A stretch of DNA of 64,000 nt, taken from positions 1 to 64,000 of IMG/VR virus record IMGVR_UViG_3300033146_003479; one strand, 5' to 3'. This stretch comes from a virus. Under the pieces are notes generated by a model. That model was given only the letters and a program-made list of their open reading frames with translations. It ran no database searches and was not told the DNA's origin. Below are positions 39,231-48,205 of this stretch, piece by piece (within the stretch, counting starts at the first letter, position 1; the number at the start of each line of letters is the position of its first letter). Both the position numbers and the translations under genes were made by a program.

Positions 39231-40217
39231 CTATACAAGAATATCCATAATATTAGATCCAACAATAGGGTCTTTTCGATTCAACCTAAACTTTTGCTTA
39301 TATGCATCATCATTACCATGAAAAAATCTCTCATATTCTCCCATACGATTCATGAGATTTTTCATTTGGTGTGCAATGAAAAAATTAAATAATTTGTTTT
39401 CACTTTTTTCACTTAATCGTTCCTTCTCAGCATTATACTCACGTATTATTGAACGCTTAATGTCTTCAGGACAACATGTTAAATCAATAAGCATTTGATT
39501 CCTCTTGAAATTACTCTTTAATTCATCACTACATAATAATGACGACATAACTGTATTATTTTCAATATGTTCCCAAACCTTAGTTGATTGCCACATTCTC
39601 ACAGTTTTACCTTCAGGCATAAATGCATTTGCTGGAGATTTCACATTGGGAATCCCATCGGCTCTATCTCCCGATAAAATTAACCACATTAATTCGTTAG
39701 TGGGATTCACACATTGAATTCGCTTCATATTTCTCGGAGAATATTGAATTACATTTCTATATTTCTGTAACTGAACAAAATCCTTATCTGATGATATTAT
39801 AATGAACTCTTCATCGATATTTCCCTTTAATTCTCCTAAAGTTCCTATAACATCATCTCCTTCGGCTCCATATACCGACACAATTATGAATGGGAAATAA
39901 TCTTTCAATTCTTGTTGAAATTCTTTCATACTTTTCCAAAAAGTTTCCCAATCAAAATCATCATCTTCTCTCTTACTATGTCTAGATGCTTTATAATAAG
40001 TTTTACCATCTTCAGATTGAAATGCCTTTTTCCTCCAAGATGAAAAATCTGATGCTAATACAACTTCACACTCTCGTTTAAACTCACTCGATATAGATAA
40101 AATCTGATTCAATATCAAATGTTTTAGGAAATGCATAGACTCATGAACATCTTTTTTATCCTTCTTTATGACAAACAGACTATTAAATACTAATTGTGAA
40201 AAATCTATTACTATCAT
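39231..40217 (-). CDS. rnh: T4-type RNase H / 5'-3' exonuclease
   Basis: IVIDFSQL; SWRKK..YKASR; GAEGDDVIG; IISSDKDFVQLQKY; LSGDRADGIPNV. Confidence 0.93.
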   Translation of the reverse strand: MIVIDFSQLVFNSLFVIKKDKKDVHESMHFLKHLILNQILSISSEFKRECEVVLASDFSSWRKKAFQSEDGKTYYKASRHSKREDDDFDWETFWKSMKEFQQELKDYFPFIIVSVYGAEGDDVIGTLGELKGNIDEEFIIISSDKDFVQLQKYRNVIQYSPRNMKRIQCVNPTNELMWLILSGDRADGIPNVKSPANAFMPEGKTVRMWQSTKVWEHIENNTVMSSLLCSDELKSNFKRNQMLIDLTCCPEDIKRSIIREYNAEKERLSEKSENKLFNFFIAHQMKNLMNRMGEYERFFHGNDDAYKQKFRLNRKDPIVGSNIMDILV

Positions 40218-40220
40218 AAC

Positions 40221-40952
40221 TTACCCCAAATCTCTTTTAAATCTTTCATTTAATCTCTGCATCCCTGTAATATACGTGCTAGCAACATCAACATCTGGCA
40301 TCTCTAATGAAATATCCTCTAATGTTTTACCGCCGTAGAATTTTTTCTTTATAATCACTCGCTCATTATTAGGCAAAGTATTAATGTTTCTATTATATTT
40401 CGCAAAGGTCTTCATCTTCTTATTCAATTGATCCAAGAGCATTCTATGTTTACTATAAGTAGATTTCATTTCAAGTTCTCGACTCACATCATTAATAAAT
40501 CTACCATTCCTATAGACCTCTGTAATAAAATATTTCCCATCTTCTCCGAGATTTGAAACACATTCCCAAAGATATTGATCTCGTGTGTTAATAAAATCCT
40601 CTTCATAATCAAGATCTAAATTATCATTTACAGAAATATCCCAGGTATAAGTAAATCCATCATCTGAATCAGAACTCTCATCATATCGAACTTCTGAAAA
40701 ATTATTTTTTAATATAGTTCTATGATAATAATTCACAACATCTGCTAACACAAAATTATATAAAAAATTATAAAATTCAAATTTATCATCATACTCTTCG
40801 ATTTTATCACACAATCGCTCAAATGCCTTCGAATATAACTCATCCATAACATGCTTTCTTGATTTTTCATGCTTAAATTTTCGATTAATCATACTATAAA
40901 CCAACTTAATATTCTTACTAATCAAATCTCTGTGCTCTCTTTTCATATACAT
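40221..40952 (-). CDS. sigma70-family sigma factor with region 2 and two region-4-like HTH domains
   Basis: NIKLVYSMINRKF..DELYSKAFERL...IEEYD..F.NF; L..DGKYFI...Y..G....DVSREL; LPNNERVII..KFY.GKTLEDIS.EM. Confidence 0.7.
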   Translation of the reverse strand: MYMKREHRDLISKNIKLVYSMINRKFKHEKSRKHVMDELYSKAFERLCDKIEEYDDKFEFYNFLYNFVLADVVNYYHRTILKNNFSEVRYDESSDSDDGFTYTWDISVNDNLDLDYEEDFINTRDQYLWECVSNLGEDGKYFITEVYRNGRFINDVSRELEMKSTYSKHRMLLDQLNKKMKTFAKYNRNINTLPNNERVIIKKKFYGGKTLEDISLEMPDVDVASTYITGMQRLNERFKRDLG

Positions 40953-40968
40953 CTCCTTATATAAAAAA

Positions 40969-41268
40969 TTATTTATTATTCTCTTGAACCTCTAATTGAC
41001 GATACTCCATAAACATTTTAGGATATTTTTTTGCGAAATGACAAACCTGAGTTGATATGTCGTTTTCTTTTTGAAGATATTCAGAAAGAGTCTTCATCTC
41101 TTCTTCAGTGCCAGTCAATATTTTGGAGTATTTACCATCACTACTTCGCAATAACGAATATGTCCAAACTCCAAAAAAAAACTCTTTTTTATCGATATGA
41201 CGAAGAACCAACTTAATTTCATCAATATCTTTGTATGGTTGCACTAACACGAATTGTTTCATCTTCAC
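40969..41268 (-). CDS. hypothetical protein
   Basis: AGGAG Shine-Dalgarno; extended -10 TGATATATT upstream near 41299-41307. Confidence 0.6.
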   Translation of the reverse strand: MKMKQFVLVQPYKDIDEIKLVLRHIDKKEFFFGVWTYSLLRSSDGKYSKILTGTEEEMKTLSEYLQKENDISTQVCHFAKKYPKMFMEYRQLEVQENNK

Positions 41269-41402
41269 TCCTGGATTTCAATAAATTAATAACATTATAA
41301 TATATCATAAAAATAAAAATTTCAATTGTTTTTATAACCGAAATTATATTTTACAATTTATTCATACTATATATATACTGATTTTTTACAGATGCAAGTG
41401 TA

Positions 41403-41612
41403 TTAATAAGAAAACTCGATATTTATTTTAGAAATGATTTCGGATTTCATTTTCTCTTTTAAATCTGAAACGACATGATTTAAAAATGACTCCGCGGTAG
41501 CAAAATTAGATTCATCATCTTTTGGATCTATTCCAGGCTCTTCTTGACAATCAGGACAATTCCCTTTTGTAAATTTTATATCGTCTAATATGAACCTCTT
41601 AAATGATTCCAT
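41403..41612 (-). CDS. small late protein with capsid-targeting-like start
   Basis: MESFKRFILD; AGGAG; TATAAATA upstream. Confidence 0.55.
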   Translation of the reverse strand: MESFKRFILDDIKFTKGNCPDCQEEPGIDPKDDESNFATAESFLNHVVSDLKEKMKSEIISKINIEFSY

Positions 41613-41629
41613 GATGTCTCCTTTAATTA

Positions 41630-41654
41630 TATAAATATATACATATTATTTATA
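41630..41654. promoter_or_regulatory. overlapping bidirectional late promoters TATAAATA-n9-TATTTATA
   Basis: two exact T4 late consensus boxes in inverted orientation between divergent genes. Confidence 0.7.
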
Positions 41655-41670
41655 ACTTTAGAGGATAAAA

Positions 41671-42261
41671 ATGCAAGTTAAACATTTAGTAGGAATAGAT
41701 ATGAGTATTTCATCACCAGGAGTTAGCATATTCGATGTCGCCAAAAATACATATCAGATTTTCGCATACTCCAATAAACAAAAGTCAAAAATAGACTTGA
41801 CAGTTGATAATTTCCATCTAATTGTTGAACCACAAATGCAATGGAAAAAAATGAACATTTCGGATTTCGATAGATATCTTTTAATCGCCGAAAGAGCATT
41901 CAAATTCGTTCAGGATTTAGTGGACGTTAAGGGTACAATTGTTTATTTTGAAGGATACGCATTTGCGGCTAAAGGTAAAGTTTTTAATATCGCTGAAGTA
42001 ACTGGGATGGTAAAATATCTCATTCGCAAATACGGATGGAACTTTGAAGTGTTGGCACCTGCTGAATGGAAAAAAGAAATTATAGGTAAAGGAAATGCAA
42101 AAAAAGAAGAGATATATAATAAACTATATCTAGATAGTCCATTTCAAAGCGTTCTGAAGGAGTTAGAATCTAGAGGATTCCCATATAAAAAAGGGAAATT
42201 CGTTGAAGATATTTGTGATAGTTATTCAATCCTTCAATGGATCGTACAAAAATCAATTTAA
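41671..42261 (+). CDS. RuvC-like Holliday junction resolvase
   Basis: LVGIDMS.SSPG; VYFEGYAF; AEWKK..GKGNAKKEE; DICDSY acidic tetrad. Confidence 0.8.
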   Translation: MQVKHLVGIDMSISSPGVSIFDVAKNTYQIFAYSNKQKSKIDLTVDNFHLIVEPQMQWKKMNISDFDRYLLIAERAFKFVQDLVDVKGTIVYFEGYAFAAKGKVFNIAEVTGMVKYLIRKYGWNFEVLAPAEWKKEIIGKGNAKKEEIYNKLYLDSPFQSVLKELESRGFPYKKGKFVEDICDSYSILQWIVQKSI

Positions 42262-42686
42262 ATATCATATTTTTTCTGAAATTGATAAAACTTCTTGTCT
42301 TTTGACGGAATAACATCAACAAACACTTGAGACAACTCTTCAAATGAAATATCTAGCGATTCAACATCTCTCAATAAAACTAAATTCCATTTAACTAGTA
42401 AACTCATAACCTTTTTCAACATTAGAATATTCAAGTCTGTGGTAATCACAGACTTTCCATCTAATTCAAAAAATTGATTGAAGTGTCCAATATAATATCT
42501 ATCTTTTTTATGTAGTATGTGACAAGATTGACATAGAACATTCTCAGTTAATACGCCAATTCGTCCCAACGTCTCTCTTACAACTGAAAATGGTTGAAGT
42601 AATTCTATTTCAATAAAATTCGACAATATAGTTTCGATTTTATCCGGCGATAAACTAATCCAAGTCTTATTCTTTTGATTTATCAT
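42258..42686 (-). CDS. regA: translational repressor RegA
   Basis: F.VVRETLGRIGV..LCQSCHILHKK.RYYIGHF..FF.LDG. Confidence 0.92.
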   Translation of the reverse strand: MINQKNKTWISLSPDKIETILSNFIEIELLQPFSVVRETLGRIGVLTENVLCQSCHILHKKDRYYIGHFNQFFELDGKSVITTDLNILMLKKVMSLLVKWNLVLLRDVESLDISFEELSQVFVDVIPSKDKKFYQFQKKYDI

Positions 42687-42688
42687 TT

Positions 42689-43126
42689 TTACCTCGATTT
42701 TCCACGTTTAATGTCATTTTGCTTAGCATTCAACATTTCAGTTATTTTCATTTCTTTCTTTATCTTCTTTAACGTCTCAGGACTTAATTTTTTAATATAT
42801 CTACTAATTAAAGTCTCATTTATTCCAAACCAAAGTGCCATTTTTTTAATTTTTGCATCAGATTTACTGTTTTTTAAAACTTTATTGTATCGTTTCTTCT
42901 TTGGCACACACTTTTGCATCAATTTATAATGTATTTCCTTTGGGATATTCGAAGAATATCTATTAAGATCTATAATATATTTATCCAACAATACAATATC
43001 CGCTTGAAAACTTCGATTGATCAGAAACGGGTCATAAATTTTCTCAATGTCTTCCCAATCTAATTCACCAACATTAGAACTTATATGATTTATAACTTGC
43101 CAAACTGTATATCCTTTCTTAATCAT
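42689..43126 (-). CDS. gp62: clamp loader small subunit
   Basis: Y.PFLINRSF; HYKL..VPKKKRY.K; lies between gp44 and regA as in T4. Confidence 0.85.
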   Translation of the reverse strand: MIKKGYTVWQVINHISSNVGELDWEDIEKIYDPFLINRSFQADIVLLDKYIIDLNRYSSNIPKEIHYKLMQKCVPKKKRYNKVLKNSKSDAKIKKMALWFGINETLISRYIKKLSPETLKKIKKEMKITEMLNAKQNDIKRGKSR

Positions 43127-43128
43127 AA

Positions 43129-44091
43129 TTATTCCTCACTAAGATATATATCTGCTACACATCCTACAAAATTTAACAGTTTATCTGCGGCTCTTGATGA
43201 TTTTTCTTGATATATTGCTAAATTCATTGCTACATTATTTATCTCAAAGTCAACATTATCAATTCTTTTAAATAAATAACCATAAATAGTTGTAAAATTA
43301 ATATCAGATAATTCCTGTAAAGTTTCTCTAACTTTCATTAAATTTTTAGTATTAATTGATTCAACTAAACGATCGATACTACCTCGACTAGTCACATTCA
43401 CTTGTGTAATTTCTCCAAATGTGTCATAAATATCCTCAAAGACCTCCCAGCAATCTCTATAATCAGGAAAATGATTAAATACGACCTTTGCTATAACTTC
43501 CGAACTATATTTAATATTCTCGGCTTCCAATACATCTTGAACTCTCTTCGAAAACGCTTGCATCATTTGTCCTTGCTCATCTTTCTGCAACTCAAACTCA
43601 AGAACCCTAAGTCGAGAACACAATGGCTCTATAAAATTACCATAATAATTTCCAGTAAGTATGAATCTCACCGAATCAGCATGCTCTTCAAGAAACATTC
43701 GCATCGCCTCTTGAGTCTGAGGAGTAAGACCATCAGCCTCATCAATAAAAACAATTTTTTGCTTTCCAAAAATAGAAACATTTTTAGCAAACGAGGTTAT
43801 CTTTGTTCGTAATGTATCGATGTTTCCATTTTGAGATCCATTAATCATTAACACATCTGCATCTAATGCTTCAATTATTATTTTCGCAATAGTTGTTTTC
43901 CCTGTCCCTGGATTTGGTGAAACTAATAACATATGTGGAATTTGTTTTGTGTCTATCCACTTCCGAACCTTTTTCTTGAGTCGTTCGGGTAAAATAACAT
44001 CATCTAATGTTTTTGGACGATATTTTAGTGCCCAAATACTCATCAATAACTCTTCTCTCTTCATTTTCATCTTACTCATAATGTTCTCCAT
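43129..44091 (-). CDS. gp44: clamp loader ATPase subunit
   Basis: WALKYRPKTLDDVILP; PGTGKTT; FIDEAD; EPLCSR; FPDYR. Confidence 0.95.
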   Translation of the reverse strand: MENIMSKMKMKREELLMSIWALKYRPKTLDDVILPERLKKKVRKWIDTKQIPHMLLVSPNPGTGKTTIAKIIIEALDADVLMINGSQNGNIDTLRTKITSFAKNVSIFGKQKIVFIDEADGLTPQTQEAMRMFLEEHADSVRFILTGNYYGNFIEPLCSRLRVLEFELQKDEQGQMMQAFSKRVQDVLEAENIKYSSEVIAKVVFNHFPDYRDCWEVFEDIYDTFGEITQVNVTSRGSIDRLVESINTKNLMKVRETLQELSDINFTTIYGYLFKRIDNVDFEINNVAMNLAIYQEKSSRAADKLLNFVGCVADIYLSEE

Positions 44092-44127
44092 AATAATCTA
44101 CACATAATATAAAATAAATCAATAATA

Positions 44128-44178
44128 TAATATATCATTCAATTAAAAAATAATAAAACTTTATTGAATGATATATTA
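44128..44178. repeat. perfect 16-bp inverted repeat with a 19-nt spacer; each arm holds TGATATATT
   Basis: TAATATATCATTCAAT / ATTGAATGATATATTA. Confidence 0.9.
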
Positions 44179-44190
44179 ACCTCTCAACTT

Positions 44191-44508
44191 CTACTGAATA
44201 ATAGAACTTGTCTTTTTAACTCCACTTCTCTCAACTAAATACTGATCTTTAATCTCTGATCCTAGTTTCAATGATTCTAACTCCAGAACAAATAAAAACT
44301 TAGTCACTGGAATATTAACCTTAGTGACTTTATCTGTGATTTTATTTTTCATAATGTCAGGAAACAATAGTGGCATTACCATCATAGTATTCTCTTGCAT
44401 ATTTAAAAATAAAGAGTACGCTTGTTCTAAACTATCAGTTTCAGCATTATACTCTCCAATAATCATCGCTCCAGAATAACTCCCTAAATAAAATTCTCCA
44501 TTCTTCAT
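44191..44508 (-). CDS. small beta-rich hypothetical protein (Sm-like fold possible)
   Basis: AGGAG Shine-Dalgarno; ends ..SGVKKTSSIIQ. Confidence 0.55.
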   Translation of the reverse strand: MKNGEFYLGSYSGAMIIGEYNAETDSLEQAYSLFLNMQENTMMVMPLLFPDIMKNKITDKVTKVNIPVTKFLFVLELESLKLGSEIKDQYLVERSGVKKTSSIIQ

Positions 44509-44519
44509 CTTTTTTCTCC

Positions 44520-44993
44520 TTAATTTAATAATTTTCGCATATCTATACTTCGAACTACACTTTTAACTCGGTTTATATATGTCGGATCTTCAGCATATCC
44601 CTTTAACTGTAAATCCATGTAAAATCCTTCTGGGGTTGTTCGATACTTATTTCTCGTGAAGTATCTTAACATATACTCATTAGCATCATCAATCGTATTA
44701 AAATGTCTCATACAAGATATTGGTCGACACACTTGATGAGCATTAGTCTTTGAAATTTGAGTACAGCACTGAGCATTTCTAAAATCTTTAATGCTAAAAT
44801 AATTATTTCGGATTCGATGAGAACGGTTTCTATACCATCCTGATTCTTGAATAGTCATTGCTGTAATTATTTTTGCAACAGCATTATATTTCGAATTAAT
44901 AAAAAACGAATAAATAATATTACTCTTTTTAATGATATCTGGTGATGAATATAGCACACTACTTAGAAATATCAATATTATTAATTTCATCAT
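44520..44993 (-). CDS. GH73 glucosaminidase-type endolysin with N-terminal signal peptide
   Basis: AMTIQESGW..NNYFSIK..RHFNTIDD..Y..GYAEDPTY..V; MMKLIILIFLSSVLYSS leader. Confidence 0.8.
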   Translation of the reverse strand: MMKLIILIFLSSVLYSSPDIIKKSNIIYSFFINSKYNAVAKIITAMTIQESGWYRNRSHRIRNNYFSIKDFRNAQCCTQISKTNAHQVCRPISCMRHFNTIDDANEYMLRYFTRNKYRTTPEGFYMDLQLKGYAEDPTYINRVKSVVRSIDMRKLLN

Positions 44994-45283
44994 GCTGTAC
45001 CTATTATTCGTTTCATTTCAAGTTTTAATTGAATCATTTCAAATTGAATCTGAGTTTCGTTAAATGCTTTATTAAATATAATTTCAATGAAATGAAACAT
45101 ATCTCGATCATAAGTTGAAAATGCTGAACTACTATCTAAATCACTTTGATAGTATCGAACTCTAGAACTCATAAACTGATAAACAGGGTCTTCATATTTT
45201 TTTTCGTCTTTAGTTTCATGTTGAGCATAAATAAATAATAATAATCGATCATTCACAAAACTATACGATGCTTGAACTAACAT
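44990..45283 (-). CDS. hypothetical protein
   Basis: GAGG Shine-Dalgarno; ATGA overlap with the endolysin gene. Confidence 0.55.
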   Translation of the reverse strand: MLVQASYSFVNDRLLLFIYAQHETKDEKKYEDPVYQFMSSRVRYYQSDLDSSSAFSTYDRDMFHFIEIIFNKAFNETQIQFEMIQLKLEMKRIIGTA

Positions 45284-45347
45284 ATTTTCCTCTAACTTAA
45301 TTATTCTAAGTTAGTATATCAGTATTTGAACTTTTTAAATATTTTTT

Positions 45348-45962
45348 TTAGTCCCAATCATAACCTTGGGTTTCATTATAAACTTTCAGTACAGCATCTA
45401 AATGACCATTTAGATCTTTAATTGTTTTTTCAGCATCTAATATAGTCAATGCTAATCCCACACTTAAACAATCCATAATTGCCGACACTTTTGCTGAATA
45501 TGAATTATATAATTGAGAATATGAAATCGAACGTATAAGTCCTTCCATTGCTATCACTCGATTCTCATGCCAATAATCAAACTTATCAATTGCTTCTTTT
45601 GGAATATCTCTCTCTCTCCATCTCATAAAAATTATCTCATTCGTTTTCGTAAAAAACTCCATCATATATAAATAGAAATCCTCATTATTTTGAAAATTCA
45701 TTAACGAAAATGAATGAATATTTTTTTTAGAAAATTCAGAATATGATTGAAATTTTATTATCAACATATCTTTATATACTATCTTTCTGGCAGGTAAAAC
45801 TAGATTTGGAATAATATATTTCACATATTCGTCAATTCTACGAAAAATCAAATGTCGCTTGAGTACATTATAATCTTTTTTTTTACCAAAAAGAGTTCTC
45901 GCTTCCGGGATCAGTTTTATTAACCTAACCAAATACAACACTGTTGTGACTAAAATTTTCAT
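45348..45962 (-). CDS. holin-like/membrane-anchored protein, paralogue of 45977..46546
   Basis: hydrophobic N-terminus; L..H.IF...Y, RK...L.I and S..Y.S..AK...D motifs shared with its neighbour. Confidence 0.5.
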   Translation of the reverse strand: MKILVTTVLYLVRLIKLIPEARTLFGKKKDYNVLKRHLIFRRIDEYVKYIIPNLVLPARKIVYKDMLIIKFQSYSEFSKKNIHSFSLMNFQNNEDFYLYMMEFFTKTNEIIFMRWRERDIPKEAIDKFDYWHENRVIAMEGLIRSISYSQLYNSYSAKVSAIMDCLSVGLALTILDAEKTIKDLNGHLDAVLKVYNETQGYDWD

Positions 45963-45976
45963 TCATCTCTCCGATT

Positions 45977-46546
45977 TTATATTTTATTTACAAACATTAA
46001 AGTTACTGTCATCACAACATCTAATAATACAGGCATCTTTGCATCGTTACTTTTATATATATCAGAGTGACAAATGTTATTAATTTCATTTTTCATTACA
46101 TCGCCAATATCATCCAAACATCGTGTAGCCATCTCAAATTCACTTTTACTCTTTCCTAAATCCAAAAGTCTATGCTCTAAATCCTTACTCACTTTATAGA
46201 AAAAAGAGGAAAACAATTCATCTAAATCCTCTTTTCTATTCATCTTCAATCTATAATAGCGTTGAATAATCTCATTAACTCGATCGGATGTAATATTTAA
46301 ATAATTTCGCATTATAACTTTCCGTTTAGGATCCAAATTTTCACTTTGATTAATCCTCAAATGATATTCAGTAAAAATATCATAAATATCATGATTTTTC
46401 AAATTCTTCATTTTATGCTTAAATAATTTCTTAATCAATTTAATTATAGAAATTGCAACAAATGATATAACAAATATCAACTGAACCCAAGTATTTATAA
46501 AATTCGCATCTAGCCAAGCATTTAACGACATTATCAAGTCTATCAT
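45977..46546 (-). CDS. holin-like protein with single N-terminal TM helix
   Basis: TWVQLIFVISFVAISII followed by a basic stop-transfer stretch; GATAAATA box at 46576-46583; upstream of the endolysin. Confidence 0.55.
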   Translation of the reverse strand: MIDLIMSLNAWLDANFINTWVQLIFVISFVAISIIKLIKKLFKHKMKNLKNHDIYDIFTEYHLRINQSENLDPKRKVIMRNYLNITSDRVNEIIQRYYRLKMNRKEDLDELFSSFFYKVSKDLEHRLLDLGKSKSEFEMATRCLDDIGDVMKNEINNICHSDIYKSNDAKMPVLLDVVMTVTLMFVNKI

Positions 46547-46593
46547 ATCTCATCTCCTATATCAAAATCAAAGATTATTTATCATTTTTAACC

Positions 46594-46622
46594 GAAAATG
46601 GGTATCCTATGAGGATACCCAT
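46594..46622 (-). terminator. intrinsic terminator after 46648..48099
   Basis: ATGGGTATCCT-cat-AGGATACCCAT followed by TTT on the minus strand. Confidence 0.8.
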
Positions 46623-46647
46623 CGTAACTAATGCAATTAAGATTAAA

Positions 46648-48099
46648 TTATGAAAACTGTTTCCAACCCGCAGAAGTATGAATTAATAAACTTCCACCAG
46701 TTAATGTCAATGACTCAAGAGGAGCGAAGGTTTCAATTGTATAACTCGATACTGCTAGTGCTGACCCATCAAGTAATAAATTTATATCATCTTCTTGATT
46801 CAATTTTGTAGCAAGAACTATGGTATCATCATCTGTAATAGAAGCAACTATTCCCTTCAATGTCCAATTAATCCCATTAGCATCTTTAACATCTATTGAA
46901 ACTTTATCTCCAACATGAACTTGAGAAACACCCACAGTATTCCACCCAGCAAATGCTCCCAAAGTATTTTCTAAAGTTACGGCTGTAGTAGACGCATCAG
47001 TTAAAAATATTTTAGGTTCTCTTTTACTTGTAAGTCCTTCAACTGCTTCCAATTCTTCATCGAACAATGCAATTACTTGACCATTAGTACTTATTGCTTC
47101 TTCAAGAACAAATGTTTGATCATCAACCACAGATGCTATAATACCTCTGAGCCAATGAGTAACTGGCTTAGTAGGATCTGTAGCATCAGAAACTTCCATG
47201 AAGACTTCGTCTCCAGCAACTAACTGAAATGAACCAACTGTATTAAATTTACTAGTCGCTTCTACTGCTTTAAGTGTTTTGGCTGTTGAATCTGTAGCAA
47301 TATCAACATAAATACTTAATGGTCTTGTTACAGTAAAAGTTGCAACTGCTGATGCCGCATCAGGTAATGCTGAAATAATAGCAGAACTCCAAGCATCAGT
47401 CATAACAAGAACAGTATCGCTTGTAATTGAACTAACTATATTCGATTGAACTACATTTCCTGCTGTAATAGTAACTATATCGCCAACTAAAATCTGTCCA
47501 TCACCAACGCTATTAAATAATGATGTTCCAGCATTTGTTAAATCTGTATTTGCTGTTCCTGTATCTACCCAAACTCTCTCATCGAGTGCTGACTTTGGAA
47601 TATCACTAGTATACACATTTGATTTCTGTGGCACAATCACACTCTCAGTTCTAAATACTTTAAATGCTTTTCCATTTCCCGCAGTTAAACTTTGGATTTC
47701 ATCACTCAAAGTCTCAACAGTAGTAATCTGAGTCGCATTAATGATAGATGATATTTCAAATGGTCCGTCCAATTCCTCGTCAATTTTACCAAATCCTCTC
47801 CAAGAACCACTCTCTTCTTGAATTGATACAATATAAATTAAGTCTCCTACTCTAAAATGCTCTCTGATATCTGCAATTCCCTCAATGTCCAATGTTGTTG
47901 CGGCTGAACCAAAACAAGTTCCACCTGCAAACACATTATGACAAAGTCCCATATCATGTTTCGCAGTATGATCAACTGGAACATAATATACTTGTCCATT
48001 CTTTCTCTCACTTAACTTTGGTAAATCAAGTGCATTTAGAATTTCTCCTTTCCACTTCATTGTCTGATTAATTTTACTTCCTCTTAATACTGTAGCCAT
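46648..48099 (-). CDS. virion structural/fibre-like protein with four internal beta-repeats
   Basis: repeated (V/A)GD.V.I...I.SI..D..(V/I); ACTAAATA at 48157-48164; own terminator. Confidence 0.6.
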   Translation of the reverse strand: MATVLRGSKINQTMKWKGEILNALDLPKLSERKNGQVYYVPVDHTAKHDMGLCHNVFAGGTCFGSAATTLDIEGIADIREHFRVGDLIYIVSIQEESGSWRGFGKIDEELDGPFEISSIINATQITTVETLSDEIQSLTAGNGKAFKVFRTESVIVPQKSNVYTSDIPKSALDERVWVDTGTANTDLTNAGTSLFNSVGDGQILVGDIVTITAGNVVQSNIVSSITSDTVLVMTDAWSSAIISALPDAASAVATFTVTRPLSIYVDIATDSTAKTLKAVEATSKFNTVGSFQLVAGDEVFMEVSDATDPTKPVTHWLRGIIASVVDDQTFVLEEAISTNGQVIALFDEELEAVEGLTSKREPKIFLTDASTTAVTLENTLGAFAGWNTVGVSQVHVGDKVSIDVKDANGINWTLKGIVASITDDDTIVLATKLNQEDDINLLLDGSALAVSSYTIETFAPLESLTLTGGSLLIHTSAGWKQFS

Positions 48100-48205
48100 A
48101 ATTATCTCCTTGATAATATTATTAATAAAAAACTCATCGTAAATATATGATAATTTTATTTAGTGTTTTGGCAATATCAATATAAAAACTAACAATTAAT
48201 ATAAC

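Noticed and set aside
41350-41379. + strand TTTACA-18-TATACT promoter-like site
   Set aside because: Non-optimal spacing, no extended -10 and no adjacent sense gene; too weak to call.
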